A stretch of 64,000 bases of DNA, taken from positions 6,942 to 70,941 of the forward strand of contig JBBSVX010000013.1 of the NCBI GenBank assembly GCA_038046585.1. Direction: 5' to 3'. Made by a program: the position numbers and the translations under genes. How positions within the stretch are numbered: position 1 is the stretch's first letter; every line of letters begins with the position of its first letter. The notes beneath the pieces are model-generated. The model saw only the letters and a list, made by a program, of their open reading frames with translations, was not told where the DNA came from and ran no database searches. Below, in pieces: positions 52,423 to 63,247 of the stretch. The DNA comes from an archaeon (GTDB taxonomy: Archaea > Iainarchaeota > Iainarchaeia > Iainarchaeales > JAAZKV01).

Positions 52423-55400
52423 TTAGTCGCAGCCGTATGAGCTGCCCGAGGTCACGTCATCTATCATTTCTAGCAGGTGCTCTTCATTCCACCATACTTT
52501 GAGCGATTTATCTGATGATTGGCTTATGCACATCGTTTCTTCTCTGACGCTGTCAAGCACGAATTGTAGTGTGTCGTAATCTTCAACCCTGGGGTAGTCG
52601 TCAGGATCAATTTTTTCTGCATCAAAATTGTTTAAAACTAGCGAAGTTGTGTGGGGCCTGTTTGGATTTCTTAACTTAGCATAGCTGTCGAGCGAATTGT
52701 TTTGTTCGTCAGCTATTCTTGCGGCGGCTATCATTGAGGAAGCTACTTTTGGGGCGAAGAAGGTGGTCGCAAGGTTTATTGTTCCCGCTTCTGTCCCGGT
52801 CCAGCTCATGGATTTTACCCCATTTTCCGTTTCGGATTCAATGAATCTTCTTATGCTTTCCCCCGAAAAGTCAATGCATTCTCTGCCACCCATTGTTGAA
52901 CCTAGCATATACCATTCTTTGTTTGGCGCTTGAACTATTGGCTGAGATTGCTGTGAAAGATTTATCAAAGAATAGCTTGCTTTAGCTTTGCCATCGGCGC
53001 TTTTCACATTCATTATCATCGGCGAAGGGTTTGACGGGTTGAATATCATTCTCTTCGAAGCAGTGTCATAAGTCAACACTATTCCTGATGCCAAGTCATC
53101 AAGGGCCTGCGAAGAATCATAATCTATTGTAGTTGTTGCGCCAGAATATGAATGTGCTTTTGTTGTAGAATTGAGTTTTAGTTCGCCTCCGCTTATTGAT
53201 GCCCCAAATCCGGTTCTTGCGAAATTAGTTCCATTCGTTCCTATCTCGCCGTCGAATGGAGTTTCATATAAAGGAGTATAATTAGGGGCTTTTCTTATCG
53301 GAGCAAGTGTCACAGTTATTGTCGCATTAGGAGCGTTGTTATCAAAGAGATTTAAGTAATCAGGATTATCAAGTTCTAATCCTATTTCGACTCTGTATAA
53401 TCCACCATAAGGAAGTTGTGTCTCGCTAGCCCCATCTTTTCTTAGCTGGAACTTGAGTCTGTTTGAAGTTATGAACTGGTCAAATCCTCTTATAGTGCCT
53501 ACAGTATTAAAGTACGAATCTGCGTTTGCGAGTTCCTGAGAGTAATATTCATCAAACGAAGTCAAGAAATCTTGCGAGTAATTGTCCGCAATAAGCATCG
53601 CGTTATATACGCTAAGTTCGGCAACTTCATTAGGCTTGTTTGCAATCAAGTAGCGCTGCATTAATGCGAGTTTCTTAAAGAGCGTGACAGTGAACTGTGC
53701 CGCGTCGCAATATACTGCTTGATCGTTTTGCGAGTCGCAAGCTTCGTCGTCTATTTGCTGCCAGTTCCAATTGAACAATACTTTGGGAACAAATTCTTCT
53801 CCTGTTGCTCCGGCAGTTCCATCGGCTGCGTAACAAAGTGACGGCTGACCAACGAGTTTCACTTGGAACACGCGTTCGCTCTTTACTAACACCCCATTCT
53901 CATCCATTATCCAATCGGCAACTGTTACGGCGGCGTATTCTTGGCCTAGCAAATTATTTTTTGAAACATTGAAATCGATTGTGTTCGAATCTATTTCGGG
54001 AAGGCCAATATATTCGGCGTACACGTGGCCGTTTTTTAGGAACATTCTCAAATATTGCTTTCCTTCGTTGTTTACTGGTATTGTGTCAGTTGGGATGTAG
54101 TACATTGCGTTCCCTGTTCCATCATATTCTACTAACGGGTCGGCTGCCGGTCTTATTACCCATTTCATCCAGCCACAGTTTGTTTCTGTGCTATTTCTGC
54201 AATTTTCAATGTCATCTATTGTCCAATTTACTTTGCTTTCGCATGTAGTATCGCCAACGACGCATCCTTGTGTATAATCAACTGCAGCGTGCTCAGGATT
54301 TACAAAACCGTTAGAATACATCGGACCCATAGTGTAATAACTGTAAGGGAATGCTTTCCCTTCTCCTGATGCGTATCCGTCGGAGCTCTCGTCGACTTCG
54401 GTCCATTGTGGAATAGGGGAGGCTTCGCCGTACGAACCTAAATCGTGAACTACTCCTTCTTCGGCGTTGATGCTAACATTCTTATCAAAGTATCCTCTTC
54501 TTTCATGAATTATTTCTCCGCCTCTCATGAGCTCGAACTGGATATAGAGATCTGCCGGCTCGTCGTCACATCCGAAGAGAGAGCAATCAGTGTCTCCGTC
54601 TGCAGAAGTTTTGAAGTAGTGGAGTCCGCCCCCAAGATAACCTGCTTCAACTAATTGACAATCTTCGCACCCGCTTGTCCCAAGAACTACATAGCACATA
54701 TCGCCTTTTTCGGTTATCCCAAGCCACAATGGAGAATTTCTATACCATCTTTGAGGAGAAGCTAAGTCATACCACTTTCCATCAGAGCCTTTCCAAACAG
54801 TCCCTATGTGGGTGCCGGATTTGCTCATTACATTTGGATCCAACGACAACCCTATACTGCCTGAAGCGGATATCCTTTCAGTATCCTCATTATTCCAAAG
54901 GAATACGGGCCAACCCAAATATTCTATGTATTGGTCCCAAGGGTAAAGCATATTTTTGCATGGAGCTCCAGAGTCACCGGCGGATGAAGTACTTGGGCAA
55001 GTATTTGCGTCATTATAAGTATAGGCTCCTGAAGTGGTCTCATAAGTCGAAGGAAGCTCTGCTGTTCCTGCAACAAATTCACCATACAGTCCAACAGAAG
55101 GAGTTATTGGCCACCCCCCAGAATCTACTTGCGTAGTAAGAGTAGTTGCTTGAAATGAAGCTTTTTTTGCTTTGGCATTTATATTTTCTTTTGAAGACAT
55201 TTCTCCCGAATCTGCGGAAGTATCGCTTGTTTCCCAATCTGAAGGAATTGGCAATCTATAAAGAGGCAAATCTGGATTTGTGATATTTAGATCCGGTTCT
55301 GGTTTTTCAATCGATTCACCATTATACTCAAAAGTGTTTGCGGTGTCTTCAAAATCCGAAAAACAATTCAGTTCCTCAGCTTTTGAACCTGGAACAGGCT

Positions 55401-58400
55401 GTGCTTCTGCATCTCCGCCATCGCCATCACTCTTGTGATGGAAAATTGATGACCCAATTGTGCTTTGCCAGAATCCTTCAAGAGCCGAACCGATTACTGT
55501 GACATTGAAATCAATCTTCTTCGGATTGCCCGGCTTTTTGTATTGAAGCGAAACGCTGCCGGTACTGATATCCATCTTTGGGTAAAAATTATCATATCTT
55601 CCTTCAAAGCACTTGTTGATTATTTTTCCGGGCAAGAGTGTGTTTGTTCTTAAATCATAAATTGCTTCTGTGAGTTCAAAGCAGGAAGATGGGTCTGATA
55701 TTACTATGTCAAACGAGGCTACTCTTTTTGCATTGTTTGAATCTGTAACTGATATTGGGTATGCTCCAAGCATTGGATAATTTTCAGGAGCTACAAGTCT
55801 GGCGTTTGCAAGTACTGAAATCTCGATTGATGAATCGGCGGGGATTGTTGCGGTCATCGGGGATACTATTGCGCCATCACTTTGAACCGAAATGTTTCTT
55901 GCTGAAGGACAACTGGATTCTATTGTGAATGTTTTTGTTGCATCGTTTTCAATGTTTAGGCGAGGATTAGCTTGAGTGGATATATCTACGCCGGCAATCT
56001 TGATTGAAAGGCACTCTGTTTCTGCCACCGGCAAAGAAGGGGCGAGTTTTGAAAGTTTTATTGTAAGGGTTCCGGGTAATGCGCCCTCATCATCCCATGT
56101 GGTGAAAAGGACATCTGTTCCTGCCGAATAATTCAAAAAGCTTAATGAAGTCAATTGTATTCCATTTTGATCAGTAGTGCCTTCGCTCACAAGTTCTTTT
56201 TCTCCGCCTGAAAGTATTGTTTCTGCTTTCCAGTGAGCCGTAACCCTATTATTGCCTGAAGTGTATTTTGTTTTTATGTACACAAAAGGGTTTTCTGAAT
56301 TTGCTTGCATGCTTTCAGGAGCGACAATTATTTGTAATTGATCTTTTTTGGCTATCCAAAGCCTGAAGGGAGCGCTGTTTCCCGCGTACCATTTTAACCT
56401 ATCTTGGCCGTCTTTCATTTGCTCTACTGATTCATACGCTTTTGCCGAGGAAGATGCAGTCTTTAGCATCAATGAAAACTCTTTTGGCAAGGCGTCCGAT
56501 AATGGGCCCAAGTTTATTTGCATAGAAGATGAATTTTTGTCTGTGTCAAAAGCCAATCTGTCATAAACTTCAGCCTTGACAAAAAGCAACAGATCCGATA
56601 ACCCTATTGCTTCATCAGTCGTGTTCGAAACAATAACCTTCACTTTATAATCGTCGCCAATCAAAACGCGGTAAGGTTCTTCTCCCATTGGAACGTATGC
56701 CCGCTGGTTCCACTTTATGTAATTGCTGAAAAGGAAAACTGGGCAGTCTCTGAGGCAAAACTCCTGCCCAATATTAAAGTCTTTTGAGTATAGCAAGCTG
56801 TTGTCGTCGCCAAAAAGCCCTTGCCAAGATATCTTCGCTGGGCCAATTGCGTTTGCGTCAACTTTTATTGAAACCACTATCGGGATTGATTTTGGTCCTT
56901 GGAGGGTAGCTATTGAAACGTTTGCTTGTTTTGCTAGCGAAGAAACTAGAGAATTTGAGTCAATTGAGATTCTCATCGAATCCATGTTTGAGGAAAGCAG
57001 ATTAATTGCACCCGATATTGATTGGACGGAATTAATTGAAATGTTGTCGTTGATGTCGAGTGTTTTTTTAAGCGCATTTCCAATATAAAAGTTTGAGAGC
57101 AGATCAAGTGACTCTTCCTTGTTTGCTACAAAAGTGAATAGCAAGAAGTATTCGTTGTTTGGCAAAAGAGTATCTGCAACTGCGGCTTGGGTTGATAGGG
57201 GGTTTGATTTGTACACTTGATTTAGGAATATCTGTGGAACTCGAGCGTTAGGAAGCTGGGTTGGTATTAGGTATATTTCTCTTTGCTGATTCCCTCTTTT
57301 TATCCTAAACACTGTTGTTTCATAGCTAAAGAAATTGGAATCATTTATGAGCAGCATTAATTCTGTGTTAACTTTCAGGGTCTTTGTAGTATACATTCCG
57401 CTTTTCGCCAGGGCTGATTCGGCTTTAATAAACTGGCCTCCGAATTCACGGGTGTAAAGTTCAAGCGCCGGACTCACCGAGTCCCCTTTTTGGGAGTAAA
57501 ATTTGAACTTGTAAGTTCCAGTCCCAAGTATTATCATGACGTTGATATCTAGTTTTGAATTTGACCCTAGGGAAGTATTTGCTTCGCCTTCGGAATCTTT
57601 AGAACTAGCCTTTATTGTATAACTTGATTCAGGCAGGGATTTGAATATTGCTTTTCCGTTCCTGTCCGAAACGTCATTTTCTATTTCAAAGGGGATTCCG
57701 GGGATGTAAAGCATCACTCTTGCTTCCGAAACTTTTTCATACGCATCATCTATAACGCTTATATCTATCTCTGATCCGCCCTGGTTCAGCTGTACTTCTT
57801 GTGGATTGGAATTTGAGTCTAAAAGGTTCACAAGTACTACCGCGGTTTTATAGCCCGGTTTTTTTATTAGCGCCCTTAGGGTTGTTGAAAAATCAATCGA
57901 TTTTTCTAGAATAGTTCTTTTCTGGATTTCGCCGGATCCGGAAGTTGAAAGATCGGGAGATATCGTGTTCGCATCTGAAAATAATTTTACTTTTGCCCCG
58001 GCAACTGGAGTGTTTCCGTCAAGGATTTTGACCCAAATATATTTGTTGTTACTATGGTCCACTGGTTTTGTTGCATCAACTTCGAACTCTACCCTAATGT
58101 CTTTGATTTCCTTTGCGAGTATTTCAAATGAACCTTTTTGCATTTCTCCGCTGATCTTGCTTATCGCCACAAAAGAATATTCCCCGGCATTTATCTTCTC
58201 CGTCGCCACTCCACTTTTGTCTGTGTAAAGCGTCAGTGATTTTTTTGTGAGCGCACTTGTAAGAACAATTTCAATTTCTGACTGGGCTTTGCTTTTGCTT
58301 TCTGCCGAAAATATTACTGTGCCTTCAGTGATTGTTTTTTCTAAAGCAATTGAAAGTCGCTGATCGGTTGGATTAAGAGTTATTGTTTTTTCATCATACC

Positions 58401-59073
58401 CTGAAGCGAAAGCTTTTGCTTGAAGATTTACACACCCTGATTTTATCACAACATCAAATCCTTTTTCAGGCTGATCTTTATAGTAGAATTTGTTTGAGTC
58501 TGTGAGGCAGGTTAATTCAAGAGAAGCTCCTTTCACTAGCGCTTTGTCAATATCTGTTACTTGAATAAACAATTTCTTTTCAGGAAGTGGCGCACTTGAA
58601 AGGAACACTTTTGCAGATAGTGTTTCGTCAAAAGAAATGTTTTTGTCTAGCGGGAGATAAAGTTTTTTTGTGATGCTGAGTAAAACTGTTTTTGAGCATG
58701 CTTCAAACACCGCAACCCCCGAAGAATCACTTGTCGCTTCTTGAATCACTTCTTCGCCCGAGCAAATCATTTTGGCTTCTACTTTTGCGCCAAAAAGCGC
58801 AAGACCGGAAGATGAGAAAACTGTTACTTGGGCGTCATATAGCTCCGACTGCGGGCCAAACATAGGGAGCAAAACAAAAGCTAGCAGGGAGAGCAAAAGT
58901 ATTGCTAGAAATATTAGAAAGAGTGCAAAACTTGGGACAACTGCATCTATCTTGTCAGTAACCTTAAGGATGGGGACATAATCGTTGATTCTCTCAAGAA
59001 CATCGTACCATTTTTGCTCGAGGCCGAAGTATACTTCTTTAATCGAATCAGAAATGTTAGACTTCAAGCCCAT
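52423..59073 (-). CDS. Giant surface protein B (2216 aa), paralogue of 19851..24812
   Basis: The same conserved N-terminal KWY motif plus poly-Leu signal-anchor, then many beta-sandwich repeats and N-glycosylation sequons. A GATTATTAATG TATA-like box lies about 30 nt upstream. Confidence 0.85.
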   Translation of the reverse strand: MGLKSNISDSIKEVYFGLEQKWYDVLERINDYVPILKVTDKIDAVVPSFALFLIFLAILLLSLLAFVLLPMFGPQSELYDAQVTVFSSSGLALFGAKVEAKMICSGEEVIQEATSDSSGVAVFEACSKTVLLSITKKLYLPLDKNISFDETLSAKVFLSSAPLPEKKLFIQVTDIDKALVKGASLELTCLTDSNKFYYKDQPEKGFDVVIKSGCVNLQAKAFASGYDEKTITLNPTDQRLSIALEKTITEGTVIFSAESKSKAQSEIEIVLTSALTKKSLTLYTDKSGVATEKINAGEYSFVAISKISGEMQKGSFEILAKEIKDIRVEFEVDATKPVDHSNNKYIWVKILDGNTPVAGAKVKLFSDANTISPDLSTSGSGEIQKRTILEKSIDFSTTLRALIKKPGYKTAVVLVNLLDSNSNPQEVQLNQGGSEIDISVIDDAYEKVSEARVMLYIPGIPFEIENDVSDRNGKAIFKSLPESSYTIKASSKDSEGEANTSLGSNSKLDINVMIILGTGTYKFKFYSQKGDSVSPALELYTREFGGQFIKAESALAKSGMYTTKTLKVNTELMLLINDSNFFSYETTVFRIKRGNQQREIYLIPTQLPNARVPQIFLNQVYKSNPLSTQAAVADTLLPNNEYFLLFTFVANKEESLDLLSNFYIGNALKKTLDINDNISINSVQSISGAINLLSSNMDSMRISIDSNSLVSSLAKQANVSIATLQGPKSIPIVVSIKVDANAIGPAKISWQGLFGDDNSLLYSKDFNIGQEFCLRDCPVFLFSNYIKWNQRAYVPMGEEPYRVLIGDDYKVKVIVSNTTDEAIGLSDLLLFVKAEVYDRLAFDTDKNSSSMQINLGPLSDALPKEFSLMLKTASSSAKAYESVEQMKDGQDRLKWYAGNSAPFRLWIAKKDQLQIIVAPESMQANSENPFVYIKTKYTSGNNRVTAHWKAETILSGGEKELVSEGTTDQNGIQLTSLSFLNYSAGTDVLFTTWDDEGALPGTLTIKLSKLAPSLPVAETECLSIKIAGVDISTQANPRLNIENDATKTFTIESSCPSARNISVQSDGAIVSPMTATIPADSSIEISVLANARLVAPENYPMLGAYPISVTDSNNAKRVASFDIVISDPSSCFELTEAIYDLRTNTLLPGKIINKCFEGRYDNFYPKMDISTGSVSLQYKKPGNPKKIDFNVTVIGSALEGFWQSTIGSSIFHHKSDGDGGDAEAQPVPGSKAEELNCFSDFEDTANTFEYNGESIEKPEPDLNITNPDLPLYRLPIPSDWETSDTSADSGEMSSKENINAKAKKASFQATTLTTQVDSGGWPITPSVGLYGEFVAGTAELPSTYETTSGAYTYNDANTCPSTSSAGDSGAPCKNMLYPWDQYIEYLGWPVFLWNNEDTERISASGSIGLSLDPNVMSKSGTHIGTVWKGSDGKWYDLASPQRWYRNSPLWLGITEKGDMCYVVLGTSGCEDCQLVEAGYLGGGLHYFKTSADGDTDCSLFGCDDEPADLYIQFELMRGGEIIHERRGYFDKNVSINAEEGVVHDLGSYGEASPIPQWTEVDESSDGYASGEGKAFPYSYYTMGPMYSNGFVNPEHAAVDYTQGCVVGDTTCESKVNWTIDDIENCRNSTETNCGWMKWVIRPAADPLVEYDGTGNAMYYIPTDTIPVNNEGKQYLRMFLKNGHVYAEYIGLPEIDSNTIDFNVSKNNLLGQEYAAVTVADWIMDENGVLVKSERVFQVKLVGQPSLCYAADGTAGATGEEFVPKVLFNWNWQQIDDEACDSQNDQAVYCDAAQFTVTLFKKLALMQRYLIANKPNEVAELSVYNAMLIADNYSQDFLTSFDEYYSQELANADSYFNTVGTIRGFDQFITSNRLKFQLRKDGASETQLPYGGLYRVEIGLELDNPDYLNLFDNNAPNATITVTLAPIRKAPNYTPLYETPFDGEIGTNGTNFARTGFGASISGGELKLNSTTKAHSYSGATTTIDYDSSQALDDLASGIVLTYDTASKRMIFNPSNPSPMIMNVKSADGKAKASYSLINLSQQSQPIVQAPNKEWYMLGSTMGGRECIDFSGESIRRFIESETENGVKSMSWTGTEAGTINLATTFFAPKVASSMIAAARIADEQNNSLDSYAKLRNPNRPHTTSLVLNNFDAEKIDPDDYPRVEDYDTLQFVLDSVREETMCISQSSDKSLKVWWNEEHLLEMIDDVTSGSSYGCD

Positions 59074-59196
59074 AACCCCTTCTAGGAATAAGACTCATTC
59101 CCCCATTAATAATCCTTACTTCCGGCTTTTTTTGAGTTCAACCCACCCAAAAGTCCTATTCCGGCCCTCCAAAATCATTATTAAGCCCAAATTCTT

Positions 59197-61944
59197 TTGT
59201 ATTTAATGCGCACTTCGCTAAAAATACTAATTTTGCTTTTTACATTTGCTTTGTTGACTCAGGTGGCTTTTGCTGAAGGCTGGCAAATGGTTTTTAGAGA
59301 TGATTTCACTACCGCCCTTGATTACTCAAAATGGGAAGTGACAAAATCTTCTGATTCAGGATTTAGTGGATCAGATGGCGGATTTTTTTTTATTGATGGG
59401 AGAGCCTGGCTATTCTCAATAGGAAAAGTTTTCCCCTCGCTGAAAAGCATCGCTGGAAAGATACCCAAATCGAAGAGGCTAAGAGTTGGAACAAATATAA
59501 CTTATGACCGATATGGGGGATATGGTGCCGGAATTTATTTTGTCGGAACAAACAATGAACTTTTAGGGCAGGTTTGGGAAAGCTCCGACCCTGCAAGAAC
59601 GAACTGGGATCCTGGAACAGGAATAATTTGCCTACAACTTTCAAGCGGAGAGAAATGCTTCTACCCAACAGACGCTTACAAAACTTACACCTTCACAAGA
59701 GACGGCAGCAATTATTCAATAATGGACAACTATCCTTCAGGAGGAAGTGTATATGCTACTACTAACACCAGTTATGACTCGCCAGGTTCAACAAACCCCT
59801 ATATTATTATAGGAAATCCTAACGTAGTGGCCACTGCATCAAACTGGGTGAAGTTTGGAATTGATTGGATACAAGTGGATTGCTATTCAAGCGCTGAAGA
59901 ATGCAACGGTTGGGATGATGACTGCGACAAAACAGTGGATAACGGACTCATAGTCCCTTCAACAACTTGTACAGCTGGAATTGGAGAATGCGCAAGAACA
60001 GGAACAAAAAACAAAACATGCCTTGGCGCACAAGGATGGAGTACATCATATGGAAATTGCTCAGTAAGTGCCGGCCCTACTTCAACTGAAACCTGTGACG
60101 GAAAAGACAATGACTGCGACGGAAGCACTGATGAAACATTTACTTGCATACAAAATAGCACAGGATGCACTAGTTCCTGCGCCTGGAAAACTCAAAATGG
60201 AACTTGCTCAGGAAGTATTCCTGCAAATGCAATATCAAACAGCGGTTCTAGCGGAACCCAATTTGTTCAGACAGCTAATTCAAGCGGAACATTTTTGCCA
60301 ACTACGAAAACTTATACTTACAACACCACTGTTGGAGAATGTAATTGGAAATGCGCTTCTTCAGATTATCTTTACTCCTCATCCACAAACACTTGCATTG
60401 CCAACGCAAGAGAGGCTACTTGTTCTTCAAGCAAACCCTCAAATTCTGATTGGAATGATTTCGGACAAAACGGAAAATACACCCAGACAAGCGTGAACGG
60501 ATCTTACACTCCTTCTGGACTTGTTTCACATTATAGTGAAGTCGCACAGGATTGTGCATGGAATTGCAAACAAGGGTATTACCAGTCTGGGGGAAGCTGT
60601 CTTCTTGCGACAAGAACAACTGATTGCCAAATAACTGCAGTGGGGGGAAATCTCCCTGAGAATGCAAAATGGAATGACAACGGGCAAAGTGGAGATTACT
60701 TGCAAACATACACTAACGGGGCTTGGCCAACTACTCTTATTGCTTCATACAATGAAACCCCAGGCGACTGCAAATATTCATGCAAAGCACTTTTCCGCGA
60801 TTGTACCCCTAATCAGGGGACGTATTGCGGAACTGGAACGCAAAACTGCGATCAGGGAAATTGGGGAACTTGCCAGCAAGGTAATTCAGTAGTGTGCACA
60901 ATAAACCAATACTGCCAAAACAGCTTGTGCAAGTTCTGCGCAACTGATACGAAGAACTGTGATATGAATCTTACAAACGGATGCGAAACAAACACTAATA
61001 CTAATTCAGATAATTGCGGCACCTGCGGCACAAAATGCGCGAGCGGGAAAAGGTGCTCAAATGGATTGTGCACAAAAAGCGCTCTTCAAATAGATACAAA
61101 CAAATGCGCAGGAATAACATGCGGAACAAACTCCACTTGTTCGACTGCAACAGGGATCTGCCAATGCAAGACAGGATATTATGATTGCGATGGAAGTTCA
61201 CTAAATGGTTGTGAGGGAGCTGGCACATGCAACCAAACCCCAGATACAAATGATGACGCTAATGTTTCAACCCCAGAATGCGAAGTGGATGGAGAGTGCG
61301 GCATAGATGAACAATGTGCCAATAATATTTGCCAGGCCATAAGCGCCGGAAATCCTTGCTCCATACAAAGTGATTGCATGGATGACGAGAAATGCATTGC
61401 GGAACAATGTGAAAAACTTGACTGCGGATCAAGTTATTCGCTTGAAAATCACTCTTGCGTCTGCAAAGGAACTGTTTGCGGAGGAAATTGTTTTGAGGAA
61501 AACGGGGCATGTTGCACAAATATTTGGAACAAGGGGCTTGTTAGCTGCACATTTTCAGTGGAAAACATTGTCCCTCTAGTTGAAAGCGCAAATGACATTG
61601 AAGCAAGCAGTTTGCTTGATGATGCCCAAAGTTCAATAAAGAAAGGAAATATTTCAAGGGCTCGGGCTCAGGCAGCGCTAGCAGAACTAAAAGCGCTAAT
61701 CACAAAAACAAATGATTCGGAAGCTCTTTTGGAGAAATATGATGCCGCAATTCTTGCACTTAATGACGGAAACTATTCTAATGCGGAAGAGCTTGCAAGA
61801 GCAGCCATAGGAGATGCAAAAGATACTTTAGCGGGGCTTAACGCAATCCAAATAATAATGATAGTACTGGCAATTGTCGCTTTGGTACCGCTTGGATTTT
61901 TGGGTTATAAGAAGTTCTTTGGCAAAAAGAAGGTTGAAGAATAG
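59197..61944 (+). CDS. Cys-rich secreted surface protein: N-terminal ConA-like lectin/glucanase-like domain, MopE-like CDG.DNDCDG motifs, EGF-like Cys modules, helical stalk and C-terminal TM anchor
   Basis: Signal peptide MYLMRTSLKILILLFTFALLTQVAFA. It carries DDFTTALDYSKWEV (GH16/LamG-like) and ECNGWDDDCDKTVDNG / CDGKDNDCDGSTDE. It ends IIMIVLAIVALVPLGFLGYKKFFGKKKVEE. It is divergent from giant protein B. Confidence 0.75.
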   Translation: MYLMRTSLKILILLFTFALLTQVAFAEGWQMVFRDDFTTALDYSKWEVTKSSDSGFSGSDGGFFFIDGRAWLFSIGKVFPSLKSIAGKIPKSKRLRVGTNITYDRYGGYGAGIYFVGTNNELLGQVWESSDPARTNWDPGTGIICLQLSSGEKCFYPTDAYKTYTFTRDGSNYSIMDNYPSGGSVYATTNTSYDSPGSTNPYIIIGNPNVVATASNWVKFGIDWIQVDCYSSAEECNGWDDDCDKTVDNGLIVPSTTCTAGIGECARTGTKNKTCLGAQGWSTSYGNCSVSAGPTSTETCDGKDNDCDGSTDETFTCIQNSTGCTSSCAWKTQNGTCSGSIPANAISNSGSSGTQFVQTANSSGTFLPTTKTYTYNTTVGECNWKCASSDYLYSSSTNTCIANAREATCSSSKPSNSDWNDFGQNGKYTQTSVNGSYTPSGLVSHYSEVAQDCAWNCKQGYYQSGGSCLLATRTTDCQITAVGGNLPENAKWNDNGQSGDYLQTYTNGAWPTTLIASYNETPGDCKYSCKALFRDCTPNQGTYCGTGTQNCDQGNWGTCQQGNSVVCTINQYCQNSLCKFCATDTKNCDMNLTNGCETNTNTNSDNCGTCGTKCASGKRCSNGLCTKSALQIDTNKCAGITCGTNSTCSTATGICQCKTGYYDCDGSSLNGCEGAGTCNQTPDTNDDANVSTPECEVDGECGIDEQCANNICQAISAGNPCSIQSDCMDDEKCIAEQCEKLDCGSSYSLENHSCVCKGTVCGGNCFEENGACCTNIWNKGLVSCTFSVENIVPLVESANDIEASSLLDDAQSSIKKGNISRARAQAALAELKALITKTNDSEALLEKYDAAILALNDGNYSNAEELARAAIGDAKDTLAGLNAIQIIMIVLAIVALVPLGFLGYKKFFGKKKVEE

Positions 61945-61958
61945 TCTCCAGAATTAAA

Positions 61959-63086
61959 CTAGTCTTTCCCAAATATCTTGTCAAAGAATCCTTTACGTTT
62001 CTTTGCAGCCCCTTCATCTTTTAAGAATTCTTCTAAAATCTCTTTTTGTCTCTTTGAAAGTTTTTTAGGAGTCTCGATTATTACTTTCACATACTCGTCG
62101 CCGTGAGATTCTGATTTGAGGCTCTTTATCCCTTTCCCTTTCATCTTGAATATTGTTCCAGTCTGGGTTCCCGCGGGGATTTTTAGGTCGGCTTTGCCTT
62201 GTAGTGTTGGAACTTCGATTTCTGATCCAAGTGCCGCTTCTGCAAAAGAGAGGGGAACTTCTGCGTAAATGTCTTCGCCGTCTCTTTTGAATACTTCATG
62301 AGTGTGAACAAATATTATGACATACAAGTCTCCAGCCCCGTCTCTTCCTTGGTTCCCTTTGTTTTGGAGGCGCAAATGATTTCCCGTGTTCACGCCGGCT
62401 GGAATCTTAACAGATACATTTGCTGTTGATCTGACAAATCCTTGACCCGAACAGGCGGAGCATGAATTCTCAGCAACTTCTCCTCTTCCGTTGCATGTTC
62501 TGCAAGTAGTTTGCATTCGCATTGTGCCAAAGGGAGTTCTCTGTTCGCGTATTGTTGCGCCTGATCCTTTGCATTGAGAGCATGTCTTTAGTTTTGCTCC
62601 TTCTGCGCCTGTGCCCTCGCATTTTTCGCAGCGCTCAATTTTTTCGTAAGAGATATCTTTTGTTGTTCCAAATACTGCTTCTTCAAAAGTGAGAGTAAGG
62701 TTGACTTTTATGTCTTCCCCATAGTCTCCGCGCGATTGTGATCTTCTTTGCCCTCCGCGCTGTTCACCGAAAATGTCCCCAAAACCTGAGAAGCCCGAGA
62801 ACTGATTGAATATGTCCTCAAAATCAAAGTCCATCTTCTGGCCATATCCGCCCTGGTACCCTTCGAAGTTCTGGTACTTGTCGCCATAGTTGTCATAATT
62901 TTGTTTCTTTTCAGAATCAGACAGTATGGAATAAGCTTCAACTACTTCTTTGAATTTTTTTTCAGCGTTCTCTTCTTTTGATACGTCAGGGTGATATTTT
63001 TTTGCAAGCTCCTTATATGCTCGTTTCACTTCTTCTATTGGGGCGCCTTTTTTTAGGCCGAGAATCTCGTAGTAATCCTTTGCCAT
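61959..63086 (-). CDS. dnaJ: Chaperone DnaJ (Hsp40)
   Basis: J domain (DYYEILGL...HPD), G/F-rich region, four CxxCxGxG zinc-finger repeats, and a C-terminal peptide-binding domain. SD-like AAGAGG lies 9 nt upstream. Confidence 0.95.
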   Translation of the reverse strand: MAKDYYEILGLKKGAPIEEVKRAYKELAKKYHPDVSKEENAEKKFKEVVEAYSILSDSEKKQNYDNYGDKYQNFEGYQGGYGQKMDFDFEDIFNQFSGFSGFGDIFGEQRGGQRRSQSRGDYGEDIKVNLTLTFEEAVFGTTKDISYEKIERCEKCEGTGAEGAKLKTCSQCKGSGATIREQRTPFGTMRMQTTCRTCNGRGEVAENSCSACSGQGFVRSTANVSVKIPAGVNTGNHLRLQNKGNQGRDGAGDLYVIIFVHTHEVFKRDGEDIYAEVPLSFAEAALGSEIEVPTLQGKADLKIPAGTQTGTIFKMKGKGIKSLKSESHGDEYVKVIIETPKKLSKRQKEILEEFLKDEGAAKKRKGFFDKIFGKD

Positions 63087-63247
63087 TTTTTTAGTCGCCT
63101 CTTATTTTGTTTCTTTCAGAGCCAAATCCGAAAGGGTTTAATAAATGTGCTCGCGGGAGCCTTTACGAAGCGAGCCACAATTGGTTCATATTTGGGGCGG
63201 ATGCCCCTTTGGCATCAGCCTTTTGGCACTTAGGTGCCAATCGAATT

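Noticed and set aside
63196-63239. Two perfect short hairpins (GGGGC-GGAT-GCCCC and TTGGCAC-TTAG-GTGCCAA) between dnaK and dnaJ
   Set aside because: They are not followed by a T-tract on the coding (-) strand, so they are not convincing intrinsic terminators. They may be an mRNA processing or stability element or a regulator site, but this cannot be judged from sequence alone.
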